Of a stretch of 62,000 nucleotides of DNA, positions 1 through 12,150 are shown piece after piece. The translations under genes were made by a program, and so were the position numbers. Numbering within the stretch: the stretch's first letter is position 1; each line of letters begins with the position of its first letter. Origin of the DNA: Amphiscolops sp. MND2022. Taxonomy: Eukaryota. The DNA lies in assembly GCA_964187785.1 (NCBI GenBank), contig OZ076409.1, forward strand, positions 2,542,001-2,604,000, read 5' to 3'. Below the pieces are notes generated by a model. It made no database searches. It was not told where the DNA came from and was given only the letters and a program-made list of their open reading frames with translations.

Positions 1-217
1 TCAAACTAATTCATTTCTCAAGCGCTTTTGTAAACGAAACATCTTCGAATGTTTCCGAGAAAATTGTCGTGAGAAAGTCACATGCACCAAAAGCTGAGGC
101 CGAAAAGGCAGGAAGTGCTAAAAATGATGCGAATGAAACCACAAGACCACCCATTTCAGCGGGCAGAGCCAGATGTGTACTCGAATTATCGTCGAAGTTC
201 ACGTTACACACTTTGGA
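1..217 (-). repeat. Near-identical local duplicate of the CRE-like retrotransposon segment at 2275-2491 (runs off the window start)
   Basis: 1-217 matches 2275-2491 with about 2 mismatches; the ORF-track peptides LSKVCNVNFDD...KALEK are identical. Confidence 0.95.
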
Positions 218-1000
218 CAGCAATATTTATTCTCGTCTACGGAATTGAGTAAATGAAGTAAAATTCTCTGATGATTTGCAACAGCATTACTTTCACCTTT
301 GCCAGGCATCTCTGAAAACGAAATTTGACAGTTAGATCACCATTAATATTAGCCTTTTGGCCGAAGCAAGGGATATTCTCCCAACTTTTTTCTCATTTAT
401 TTTTCTTTCAAAATCAGATATCCTGGATCTTCCTCATTAAGTGCCATGTATATCATCACGTTGGGGGGAGAAGACACACACCCGCGGTCTGGAACGAAAG
501 TAGGGAACCCCATACCAGCCACTGTTACAGTAACAAAAAAAAACAACCAACAAACTACTCATACCTGGCCACTATCTCAGTCGACCGGTAGAAACATTTA
601 TAAAAAAGCTGCAATGATATAGAGGTTTAAAAAATTTATTATATATAATAAATTTCTTCGAACGCATCTCTGTCGCTCACAGTTCCGAGAACACAGGCCG
701 CATTGCCGCTCTGAAGAGCCATTGAAACCTGTTGCTTCAAAAAGCTGCCGGGTCGTAAATCGTCGTGCGAACGACAGCATTTTGCAGAGACGCGTGAAAG
801 AAAATTCACTGCTCTCGCCTAAAAAAATCTCTGTAATTCCAAGGCCACCGGTTGAAAAATGTCTCCATTGTCTATTAATTCGCGATAATTCTCAACTTTA
901 CGCGCTTCCGATTCGGTGGTTCCCGGGTTGCATAAGGAGCCTCGATTGCCGTGACATCCCACACCAGCTAATTACCCATATCCCAAGGAATCATGGTAAC

Positions 1001-1141
1001 GGATACGGGACAATTTGCCGAAACACACTTTGCTGAAAATTGACTTAGAGACAATTTGCCGAATAATTTTTGGCAAATTGTCCTTCACGTTCGGCTAATT
1101 GGGTTTCGGCAAATAGTCTTTCGGCAAATTGTCCCGTATCC
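1001..1141. mobile_element. Small MITE-like element with ~23-bp TIRs
   Basis: GGATACGGGACAATTTGCCGAAA (1001-1023) / TTTCGGCAAATTGTCCCGTATCC (1119-1141); internal AATTTGCCGAA subrepeats; no clear TSD. Confidence 0.75.
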
Positions 1142-1286
1142 TGTTTTTGCTCCTGCGAAGCGTTTAAAATAGATTAAATACTTCTCTTCACCTAATATGG
1201 GGTCATTTACGCTGTATGCGCGCTCGCTCTTACCGTCGCAAAGACCAGCTCCCACTACGATCGCTTCGCTATCTCCGTTCCCGCTA

Positions 1287-1690
1287 GGTCTTTGCTTCTG
1301 TTCGACCTCGCTTAGCAAGATGGGAACATAAGCGGGCCCGAGAGCTGCAACGCGCTAGAGGAAATGGGGGCATATCCGACGGCCAAAAACATTGTTGTTT
1401 TAAAACGCTATCTATTCGGCAAATTGTCCCCACAAAATTCGGCAAATTCGAAGGGCCAATTTGCCGAAATAAAATTTGCTGAACGTGAAAAACAATTTGC
1501 CGAATTTTTTTGGCAAATTGTCCCTTCGAATTTGCCGATTTTTGTGGGGACAATTTACCGAATACATAGCGTTTTCAAATAACAATGGTTTTGGCCGTCG
1601 GATATGCCCCCATTTCCTCTAGTGCGTTGCAGCTCTCGGGGCCGCTTACGTTCCCATCTTGCTAAGCGAGGTCGAACAGAAGCAAAGACC
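1287..1690. repeat. ~400-bp foldback palindrome (arms ~180 bp) of a MITE-like family
   Basis: 1287-~1470 is the reverse complement of ~1505-1690 (GGTCTTTGCTTCTGTTCGACCTCGCTTAGCAAGATGGG... / ...CCCATCTTGCTAAGCGAGGTCGAACAGAAGCAAAGACC); shares the CAATTTGCCGAA subrepeat with 1001-1141. Confidence 0.9.
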
Positions 1691-1894
1691 CATAGTAACA
1701 CCGTCTGGGCGAGGAAACCATAATACGGTCGAATTCCTATCAGTTAATTTGAAGCTTCGTGCAAGCGTCGAAGTCCCATTGTCGGAAGACTTTTGTCGAA
1801 GTAATTGCGTCGATGCCAGTGCAAATGTAAAATGATCAAACAATGTTTTGGCCGTCGGATATGCCCCCATTCCAAAAATTCGATCCAAATCTAC

Positions 1895-4250
1895 CCCACC
1901 CCTTGAAGGGAAGTCGAGAGATTCCAACGCCGGCTTTATGAGAGAATTGAGAGTAGCATGACGTGAGAAGCGACAAGCACTCTTGGCGTAAGAAAGACCA
2001 AGTAAACCGTCCCGAACAACTCTTTTACCACAGCGGCACGTATGCGCAACACAGATATTGGTTACGAGACGTAAACCAATCGAAATCCGAAGCTGCTTAT
2101 CATCAAGTTTCAGGCCTAAGTTCTTGCAAGGAACGACGTTCAGCCAATGAGATCCGAATTTGCCTTGAAGAGCGTTAAAAACTTCGAACGTTTGTCATCC
2201 ATGTCTAGTTTTGACGTAGACAGGTTGTGTCCAATTTTTCTGGGTTCCATCGAGAGGACTTTACCGTTCATTTGTCAAACTAAATTATTTCTCAAGCGCT
2301 TTTGTAAACGAAACATCTTCGAATGTTTCCGAGAAAATTGTCGTGAGAAAGTCACATGCACCAAAAGCTGAGGCCGAAAAGGCAGGAAGTGCTAAAAATG
2401 ATGCGAATGAAACCACAAGACCACCCATTTCAGCGGGCAGAGCCAGATGTGTACTCGAATTATCGTCGAAGTTCACGTTACACACTTTGGAAAGCCACTT
2501 CGCGTACGTGTTTGTCATACTTTTCCAAGAGAGCTGGATGAATAAAACCTGTACTGAATCTCAGAAAGTACAACAACTTTGGCAGACTGAAGCATCTTTT
2601 CAACATTAAAAAAACCATAATGCGCATCTAGTTTTTCAACAAATTCCTTCACTTTTTCCAGTTCGTTTATTTTCTTTTCCAATAAGCCTTCCTGTGATTT
2701 CAGGCCGAGCGGTGAACCAATAAGTGATAAGTTCTTCTTCTTTGGCGTTTTGATCCGGTGCAAAATTTTTGGAAAGATGCTAAAATTGTCGATCGTTTTC
2801 AAGTGATGGCACCAAAGAAAATTTTTCGCAATTCGTGGGTTTAATTTTTAGTCCCAGCGTTTTTTCAACAATTGTTTTGGGTCCTTTAAAACGGTTCTGT
2901 AATCATCACCAATTTCCATCTTCAAAGAACCATGAGTTTATTTTCGACTCCAAACTGCCAATCAGATCCTGAATGAATTCCGAAAACAAAACTGGAGACT
3001 CAGAATCTCCTTGCTGGGTCCCACCACAAGATTTGATCACTGAGTCACCGTAAAAAAGAAAGTTTGAATCACTGTACGCCGAGTGTGAGAACTTATAAAC
3101 TTCAGGGTATATTTCATAAAGTTTTCTCTAGCATGAAATATCGGTTTTCGAATTAAAAGCGTTTTCAAAAGCAATTTTCAAAATTAGGGTTTTTGGGTTG
3201 AGGGTTTTCTATCAAACAACGGAAAGCATATGAGGCCAATTCAGCGCTCCTTTTCGTGCCTACACTTACTTTTCGACTTCCGTATCTTGCTTGACGTGAT
3301 ATCTGACAAGACATTGTTTCAGGCACAATTTGCGGACAACCGGCAGAAAGTACTGCCTATAGCGATAGGACGAACTCCTCCATCTGGCTTTTTTAACGCA
3401 CTTAGTTTCGCACCAAAGAAGTACGACGGAAGTTCGAAAGGTACGTTTCCTAGGAGAATCACATTCACAAGATTTGTTAAGGCTCTGAGAAAATTCATTT
3501 CAGATTGACCGTTCGACTTGGCAGTCAAATTGACAAAACTTGGGCCGAAATGCCATGCAAACCAGCATTAGAGCCGTTTGGGGAGGACATGAGAGCCTTG
3601 TGGACGAGAAACGCAGAGGTAGAAATACAATCGATATCTGCGGGGTTCGGAACAGAGCACGTTTCTGTCTGCGGATGTTTCAGTTTAAGGGCCGCGTAGT
3701 TTTCGACCGTGAAATCTGCAATCTTGTCGTCGCTTACTGCCTTTCTGATTCCGACCTTAACATTACCTTCGTCTAATCTATCTATCTTACTCTTCTGCTC
3801 CTGTTTTCTGTCGCGTGTCGGTTTTTATCTCAATGACACCATCCCGATAACGCTTGTTGACACTTGCTGACGTTTACCTACTCGAGTGCTTGTGTTCCCA
3901 AAAAAGCTTAGGGAGGAGAGCAATGAGAAGCACGAGACAAAAATTGGCGTGTTTCACAAATATCATTTGTTTTAGGTATCAAATTTTCAGCTAGGGGGAT
4001 CCGTGAATTTTCAGGAAATCTGTTCAAGTGAACAAGGCCTGAATTAAAAAGGGTGTCGGGTCTAAAGTTATCATCGTGACACTGAGGGATAGTGTTCACT
4101 AAAGAGCACCAACAACAATAAAATTTGGCAAGGCTCTGGGCCTCCGTTAATGATCGGTAATGATAAATTGGAGCATTGTATTTGAACCCATCCGTTGCAA
4201 AGCCTACAATTTTCCCAGATTATCAGACATTGAAATCTACAGACACTTCA
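1895..4250 (-). mobile_element. Decayed CRE-clade-like (RLE-type) non-LTR retrotransposon: RT plus downstream Cys/His region, 3' end truncated
   Basis: Frameshifted peptides LKLKHP, FFGAKLSALKKPDGGVRPIAIG, LKIAFENAFNS, GTQQGD..SPVLF..WFFED, LIGSPLG, LALPAEMGGL..LALPAFSAS, HWLNVVP..LGLKLDD..ISIGLRL..HTC..RHATLN; upstream boundary approximate. Confidence 0.85.
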
Positions 4251-5025
4251 AAGCAAGCGTTGCAGGTTTCGTTGCTTTTCATCAAAACTCAACCTCGAAA
4301 CCTAACCAACTGCAGGAATACCACATTTTGGTGAGTGCCAATCTCCCCAAAAACAACCACCACTGTGAAGCAATCCGTATATGAAACAAAAACTTGAATT
4401 GTCAAATTGAAATATAAATGGAATTATCTCACTGGGTTATTATAGTTCTTTAAGCCCAGATTCAGCGACAAACCAACAAAACAGCGTCAGAGATGTTGTC
4501 CAGTTGTCTCAAATTCAAATAATTGCCATCTCATTTAAAAAGAACCGTGCGTGCTGAAAGAGATTTGGTGTAGAGAGAGAAAGATTTTGTGCCTATCTTA
4601 CATGGAGGGCGCGTCACTGAAAGGAGTTTGGGTGTCAGTACGCTGCAAGCTGCAGACCCTCCTTACAAAGTCGAGACTGGTCCCATAAAACAGCCTGGAA
4701 CACATCGGTAATAGAAGAGAAGTTTATAGGAAAATGATTGTCAAAATATAGGGTGTCCGGAAACAAGTCGAAGCAACTGGGTTGAATTTCAAAGTATTGA
4801 CAAAGATCGACAAAAACGTTTTTAAAACCACAACGAATGGACTCGTATCGAAACATTGAAATTCATTATTGCAGTCGAAAAGCGATAGAATTCTTCGGAT
4901 CGAAATTCACGAAATTGAAATTGACTACAAACGAGATGACAAGCAACGTATTTATGAAGATTACAACATAGATTATGAGAAGAGTTGGTTTTGTAAACAT
5001 CATATAAAAAGTATAAAACGTGCCT

Positions 5026-5192
5026 CGGATATGTCCTTATTTCCTATAGTGCCCCACGGCACCTTGGGGCTGCTTATGATCCCATCTTGCTAAGCGAGGT
5101 CGAACAGGAGCAAAGACCCAGCGAGAACGGAGATCATGAAGCGATCGTAGTGAGAGCTGGTCTATGCGACGGTGAGGTCGAGCGTGCATACA
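5026..5192. repeat. Diverged extra copy of the foldback-element arm
   Basis: CGGATATG...CCCATCTTGCTAAGCGAGGTCGAACAGGAGCAAAGACC matches 1599-1690, then continues as the reverse complement of ~1213-1286. Confidence 0.85.
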
Positions 5193-5539
5193 CATCATAT
5201 GCCTCACATTATAATACTTTCGTTTCCAGAACACAAACCTGAAAACACAAATCTGAAAACACACAAGAGGATGAAGTACCAGATATTTGGGATTAGGACT
5301 ATTGAAAATAATCGACCTGAGTTCGATAATGTCGAAATTCAACCCGAAGAATTCTATCACTTTCGACCTTGAAAAAATTCGACGAGTGTCAATTCGACAG
5401 AAGTCAATTCAACCTAAAAAACTGGACCTGTTTGTCGCCACCCAAACAATATTGATCGTCGGAAACTTTGGTTTCATTGAATGCAAACGAGGAATTGTCA
5501 GCTTTATAATAACCCTCCTCCGTTGACTCTGCCAATGCT

Positions 5540-6640
5540 TGTTGGCCTCTTGTTGCTCCGCAGCCTCTGAGACAAAAAATGGAACTTCGTAGAAGAGGAA
5601 ATCTTATTTTGGTTGAACTAAGCTTAAGGCGTCGGCGTAGCTTTCTGACCCTTTTTTCGTCAATTTTTGCTGTTAATCGGGTAGAGTTTTGTGGCTGGTG
5701 GTCCAGCGCCACATTTGCATGCAAAGACTACTGGATAAGAGGTGCGCTTTTCCACATTCATGATTGTGGACTCGTACTTGAGTTCATTTTGAGATTCGTT
5801 AAAACAAGGGTTCGTTGACATGCGTTGAAAATATTGACATCTTGACGTCCAAAAAAGTTCTACAGAAACGAGAGCCCTGAAGTCCGTTTGCTTCAATGTC
5901 TTATCTCACCGTATCTTGAGTTGCCCTTGTTTTTTGTGTTTTTGTGTCACATGTCACTTGGCTCAAAGTCGTTTGTCTCAATTTTTTCGTCAATTTATTC
6001 AAAAAACTTTTAGAACGAATGACCGCAAAATAGGGCCAAGTCCATTCTGACTCAGGCAATAGACAACAATACCTCACTTAAGACCTCATGCTTGTATTCA
6101 GTCGAAGAAAACAAGATGGTAGGGGGGAACTTCTCCGGAACTTGCAACTAGGTAGGTGTCGTCGCAACTTTTGTCTGGGGGTGCTTCTCCTTCAGAACAT
6201 CGAGAACCTTCTTGTTGGCAAATTATTCTGTTAGACATAGGACTCGGCCACTTTCACAGTTGGTAACACTCCGTTGGGTATTTGTGGTTTTCCCGTCGGA
6301 CATGTGTGCATAGAAATCTTCAGAATATATATGTCTTGTTTTTTGTTGGATGATCACCGAGAAGCCAATGACCCACTAAAGTCTCCAAAAAAGATGTTCG
6401 ACGGTTTCACATAAGGTATAGAGAACAGACTCTGGTTTTTCGGACACGAAACATGCCAAAAAAGGCTCTATATCTACATGAAACCAAGAAAATGATCCCA
6501 AAAAGTTGTTACCTGTTCTTTTAACTACTACCTGAACTTCAGCAATTGCTCTTCTCAATTCCTTCGAAGCACGGCGACCTCAACATCCTCTCGTCTGTTG
6601 ATCTCACAGGAGACTGACTATACACGGCAACTTGAGCGAA
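5540..6640 (-). pseudogene. Second, older CRE-like non-LTR remnant: pre-RT region joined to the C-terminal restriction-like endonuclease region, RT deleted
   Basis: HMSDGK..GRVL..VLDVLKEKHP (~6170-6320); TDFRAL, LKYESTIMNVEK..YPVVFACKCGAGPPATKLY and KIRFPLLRSSIFCLRG (5550-5890) resemble CRE C-terminal motifs. Confidence 0.65.
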
Positions 6641-6867
6641 TGTCCGAACGAAATACCCAATACCGAATCAAGCGCGACTTCAAAAAACAATAACAAAACA
6701 CAACACCGCGAGAATTTAAAAGCTCAAAGAAGTTTTAACTGAAAACGAATTGAACTCCATGAAGCTGTCATCTGAAAACGTTGCTTTTAGTTGACTCAAT
6801 GCGCTCTTCCTACAGACGCAAGAATTCAGAGACAGTTTAGACATTCGATTTGAAAGGAATCCAAGAG

Positions 6868-7394
6868 GGTTACAAGTCACTTGGCTCACCTTTTTTTTCG
6901 AGTAATTTACTAAATTAACTAGTAGCTCATTATTTCTGAGCCAAATGACTTCAAGTATAGCATTGTATAGTAAAGTGGTGACTTTTCATTCAGCCAAATT
7001 CATATAATACGTCTCAAACAGCAGATCAAGTTACTAACTTTTAGTGCTGTTACAGCCGATGTGTATGGAACTTGATTTAGATGAAGAGGTTAGCAATTTT
7101 GTTGTATGGCTCGGTTGATTCGCTCCCTTCGCCAAATAGCAACATTGAGGCATGGCCACATCGCAAGTCGCTCCACTTGGCTTTGCTCCTGCATTTAAGG
7201 CACTAGGGGGTATGTAAACATAACTGACTACGTTATAGTATTGAATTTGACAACATCTGCCACGCGCTTCCAAATGATTTTAAGCCAAGTGACCATTTAC
7301 CAAAGACATTCGGTGGACAGAAAATAAGCCAGGTTACCAAATGCATTAGGCCAAATGACTATGCCAAATTGTAAAAACCAAGTGACCATTTACC
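6868..7394. mobile_element. Possible degraded MITE with GCCAA(A/G)TGAC subrepeats
   Basis: Left GGTTACAAGTCACTTGGC versus right CCAAGTGACCATTTACC; several GCCAAATGACT/GCCAAGTGACC copies inside. Confidence 0.5.
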
Positions 7395-8001
7395 TCAGAA
7401 AGTCTCCCTATTTCTTGTACATTCGATTAACCCTCTGTGCAAAACTCTCTAGGATCTCTGTTTTTCTACCCATGAAGCCCCTTTAAATGACCACCTTTGC
7501 TTTGAATTTTTGGCTTTCATAATCTTTCGAGCAGTTACCATCTTGATCTAAGACGTGATGAATTCTGTGTCTTGTTTCTCAGTTTTCTTGTTATGCTTCT
7601 TCCGTGTTCACAGGAACGGAGCCGCATGATGATTCACCTGTTATCTAGATTTGATGACCACTATCAGAGATCTTGTTTTTTGGCATCTTGACAGTTTTTT
7701 CATCACGTGTTAATCTTTCAGTAGTGGAACCGGCGAGAATAAACTGCATACGACCACCCCAAATACTCCCTCAGTAAAACAATTTAAAGTATTGCGACGT
7801 TTCGCTTCCAATTTACTCGACACCAATTTGACATTCATTCGGCCTAACTCGACATAAATTCATCAAAATTTTTCCTCAGCATTAGGAATTTGACGTGTCA
7901 AGAACCGACGTTAGTGACGCAAGCCATATGATCAATAATTTGGTCTTTTATTTCCGAAGTTTCCGTAAATTCTAATCGAGTTGCCTTCATCGCAAAAACC
8001 C

Positions 8002-8625
8002 TTATTGATCAAATATTCTAGAAAAATTGCCAAACTTAACTTGAATATTGTGATAATCCTCCACTTCCTCTGCGTCGGACTCTTCGTCCGAATGTATAGT
8101 TACATCTACATCAGATTCGCATCTGAACAATGGTTTAGCAGGATGTTTCAGGTCTCCCATTTTAGAAGCTTGTAGAGGATAATCGTCGTTTTCTGAGTCT
8201 GAGTTATAGATGTGAGATGCGTGTACTCCAATAGACCTATTAGTTTTGGATCCCGAAGGCTGTATGTTTTGTATATCATCCATTTCAGATCTTGGGTTTG
8301 TTACTGTTGATACACTTTTATTAGATTTTATCTCCTTCAGGATTGCATCTAGTTTGTTCTCCATTTCTTCTCTCATTTTTGTTATTCTATCATTGTCCTT
8401 TTGTTCAAAATTCTCAGTCCACGCTTGTATTTCATTGCTTAATTGGCTAGGTTCAATTAATTGGTTCCTAAGTTCATCTTTGTCAAGGTTTCCATGGATA
8501 TTAGATTCGGCATTTGTCAAAGTAATATTACCTTGGGTTGATGTTTCTACCTGTGTTTCATTGAGTTCTTTTTCTGGAGACGGGGTCTCCAATCTCCTGG
8601 ACCTTCTACTTCTTTTGTTCCCCAT
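8002..8625 (-). CDS. 3'-LTR copy of the LTR-encoded Gag-like N-terminal ORF (reads out into the flank)
   Basis: ATG at 8625 (MGNKRSRRSRR...EDYH); near-identical to the ORF starting at 18942. Confidence 0.5.
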   Translation of the reverse strand: MGNKRSRRSRRLETPSPEKELNETQVETSTQGNITLTNAESNIHGNLDKDELRNQLIEPSQLSNEIQAWTENFEQKDNDRITKMREEMENKLDAILKEIKSNKSVSTVTNPRSEMDDIQNIQPSGSKTNRSIGVHASHIYNSDSENDDYPLQASKMGDLKHPAKPLFRCESDVDVTIHSDEESDAEEVEDYHNIQVKFGNFSRIFDQ

Positions 8626-9712
8626 CTTTCTCAAAGGAAAACGATATTTTGGCTGTTGGGGAAGAATTTGAATTTATTCAAAAGAATTATCTAAAGACAA
8701 TTCGGGAGATAAAACAATGTTAGTAAAAAAGACTGCTTTCAAAAGACCAGGTTGAAAAGTGAGCAACTGCTTGATGAGAGAGATAAAGTTCGAATGAATG
8801 GTCCCTTCAGTTTTCCAAAAAATACAAAAAGGATGACAATCACATTTACAGGTATCATTATTTAAAGAGCTAAAAACAATATAACGTCAAAATCACATCA
8901 TTCTATTTATATCCTTTAAATCACACTACAATGACACCCTAAATATTATCAAGGGACCGTGAAAATCCTAGGAAAACAAGGCTAGACGCTGTATAATACG
9001 TTTCAAGTATCATTAGATGAATTAAACGCTACATGACTTCAAAATGATGAGAGTACAGCTAAAAATGCATAATGACGTATATGCGGTATTCCCTGTACCG
9101 CAGGATAGCGTATACAACATGTAAGCATCAACATTCAATAACGCACAATAGCACATACACTCCATAATCCATATTGCACAATCGTTCATACTTCCACTGC
9201 GAAAACCGCATGTTGACGTACATACGATAACATAAGAACTGCTCAACAATGTATAATTGCATTGTAAAAACGCATATTGCCGCATATGCAGTTTATCCAA
9301 AAACGTATATTGTCTTGTAGTTAAAAACGTACAATGCCGCATATGCGTGATTCAAGTTTACGTATGATGACGCATATAAAATATTCTAAAAATGACTTTT
9401 GACGCTTATACGTCACAACATTTACGGCATATTGACGCATAATAAGCACGGAATTCATAGCATAGAGAGTTTTACTCTAATATTTGTAATGAACCATGTA
9501 TTTTAGCGCCTTCTTACATGAATTATCTTTCAATAACAGCTCAGGAAAATCTCACAATGACCCAAATATACAAAATATATCTAGAATTTACATGATTTGA
9601 TGAAAATGAAGAGAAAAGAAACAAAAATATCAGTATTTAGAATGTTTGTCGAAGTCGTTGGTTATCTTTTACTGATGCACTCCGGACCCATCGCATCTTT
9701 GGGGCTGCGACA
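8049..9712 (-). repeat. 3' LTR of element A (1664 bp)
   Basis: TGTGATAATCC...GCTGCGACA; about 20 differences from 18366-20027 by manual count; preceded on the minus strand by purine-rich AAAAACGAAGGT (PPT-like). Confidence 0.96.
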
Positions 9713-10665
9713 ACCTTCGTTTTTAAAGATAAACAACGCAGCTTCAAAACCGTCGATGAAAGCTCTCGACCTCACTCCACAATCTCTGACTGTTTCCCCA
9801 TCATAGGCAGTTGCTCCAAGATAGTCCCCGAGGGTCTCTAACGCAATTTGATCGAAAGTGCGACCACACCAATGACAGTATCCGGAAACGTTGGGCATGA
9901 CCGTGGGAAACAGCCGGAAGATTTGTCCTTCGTTGGCTACCATCGCAGGAACGTTGGGGCAGTGTAGGATGTTGAATGGGAATCCAAATTGGGTAACTTG
10001 TTGAGTTGTTGAGATGGGCCAATAAAATTGGCAGAAACATCCACCATAGATCTAGGGGGCAAATGTATTACCATGAGTGTGATGTCCCCTACAGCTGGGT
10101 ATTGCGGTTCTGTTGACACGAATGCATTATGTGAATGTGTACCACCTGCTTCGTACGCTGAAGGGTTTGTAATCCCTTGGTCATTCGTTGTATTGATTTG
10201 CTGAAAATTGGAAGATTCTTGTGAGAAGTTCAGTGGGTATGTTGGTATTGGTCTGATCATCTCATTTGATTGTTGTCTGGGAATCCTAGGCGTGGGCAAA
10301 ATAGCAGCGACGGGTCGCCCGTAAATGTTTAACTGTCTTTCTGGTGCTCCGGTGGAGTCTCTCGGCGACATGTCCACTTCTTTAAATTCTGAGTCTATGA
10401 AAGACAAGGAGGAAGCAGAAGGCGAAAGTGGACTTTCTTCAATCAACTCCATGATCTCCCTTTCAATAGTGGTGCCAGCGATATCAATGGTCCCTTGTCG
10501 ATCGACTGAGTTCGAAGGAGGGAACAAAGCGACTGTCGCTGATCCCACAAAAGCGGCCATGATATTAGATCCCATAGTGTTGATTCTGAATCTTTCATTT
10601 AGTTGTGCGATATTGCCAGGTTCCACGACAAATTCTTCTCCGGACTCACTTGATATATCGATCAC
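9662..10665 (-). CDS. Sense accessory ORF(s) of element A: low-complexity acidic N-part plus a CxxC-containing C-part; frameshift or overlap near 9940-10050; ends inside the 3' LTR
   Basis: ORFs 9937-10665 (242 aa) and 9662-9943 (GYCHWCGRTF); the second frame is open upstream to ~10050 (QFGFPFNILHCPNVPAM). Confidence 0.6.
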
Positions 10666-12150
10666 ATCAGGGGAAATGGGCGAATAACCCAGATCTTCAG
10701 TGATGTTAGATTGTGTTGGATTCTTTATTTTGAAGATGTATTTATGAATTAAGGATCAACAAGAGGCGAAGTTTTGAAATTAGAGACAACTGAACTTAAA
10801 GTTATTGTAGACCATATGGTGATATCTTTTTCAGTTCCCCCTTTTCTTCGACAAAAACCCGCGCAAAAGTTGAGTGTCATGATTCTCAGGGTTTCACTGC
10901 TTCCTTATTTGGTCTCTGCCCTGACGCTAGGATTTGGATTCAAGAAAATTGTCGTGATTTCTTGTAACTCAACGTAAACAAATTCCATTTAAGGCATTTC
11001 TTAGGAGGATGTCTTCTTCACCTCAACCCTTTGGCGGTGTTTCATTTAGTTTAATAGCTAACAAACAAAATTATGATCATCATAAAAGGATTACATGACT
11101 CTCCTTCCGTTATATGAAAATATAGTATAAAGGAAACATATAATCATCTTACATGACTAAAATTTAGTTTTCCCAACAAGATGTTCGAAACTAAAAATTC
11201 AAGCAACCATATTGAAATAAACATCAGTTTATACGTTTTTGTTTGTAAGTTTTACTTTAAAAGCGCATTGTAATCAGTAATTGTTTGGGGGAGTTGTCCA
11301 TTGCCATTGAGTAACCAGTCACCTTTCGTTTCTTTCCAATACCCACTCTAACACCGTTGTGTGTGGCTATCGTGCATCGTATTACGTAACATAATTGTTC
11401 GGTCTGTTCTGTTGCCGTTCGTGTGGTTCAGAATACCTCTTTATACTCCGCTATGGTAATTCCGCATTATACCGCGTAACCACTTTGTGAATCCGCATAT
11501 TACAGTATAATCATCTGTAGTTGATCCGCATGTTGATGCATAATCTCATGTAGCTCTGTAAATTGTGTTGCACGTGGCTATGGTAATTCCGCATAATGCC
11601 GTATGTTCATCATTGCTTGGTATGGGCATTGACGCTCACTCACGTCCTGTAGTTCGTATACTGACGTATGTTCGTCACAGCCTAAATCGTATACTGCCGC
11701 GTGCTTGTATGTATTGAAGTTTATATATTACGTCATCTAACCATCTCTGCTTTGCGCATAAGTAGGAAGTGATTTGTGGCTGTCAATTAATCAATCTATC
11801 ACCCTGGCAGTGGTAAATGACATTTTAATTGACCAATCAGCGTTCAGTTCGAACAAGCATATTCAATAACTACATGTTTCATTTGCTTCTTTGCCTCGTT
11901 TTGTTACGCCACGCCTTTGATTATTTCAACAGTTTCTGCAATCTGCTTAATTTTAAACTTTTTTAATCAGTCTTTTCGTCGTATATCATAGTTAGTTTCC
12001 AGTTATTTTGTCTTTTCTCGTACTCCCCTCAATCCAGGGCTCCTAAGTTTAATTTCAATTCCTCACTCATCTTAACTCCCGTATTTAATTGTTACCATTC
12101 TGAATTATTTATTGTACTTTCAACACCCTTCACACTCATTTGTTCGAGAG

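Noticed and set aside
8246..8671. Hydrophobic opposite-strand ORFs (also 18563-18988, 45534-46280, 35405-35791)
   Set aside because: Shadow frames of real, A-rich ORFs on the other strand
9022..9342. 106-aa Cys-rich ORF in the LTR (also 19337-19657)
   Set aside because: It overlies the CGYAT motif cluster and its composition is explained by that repeat
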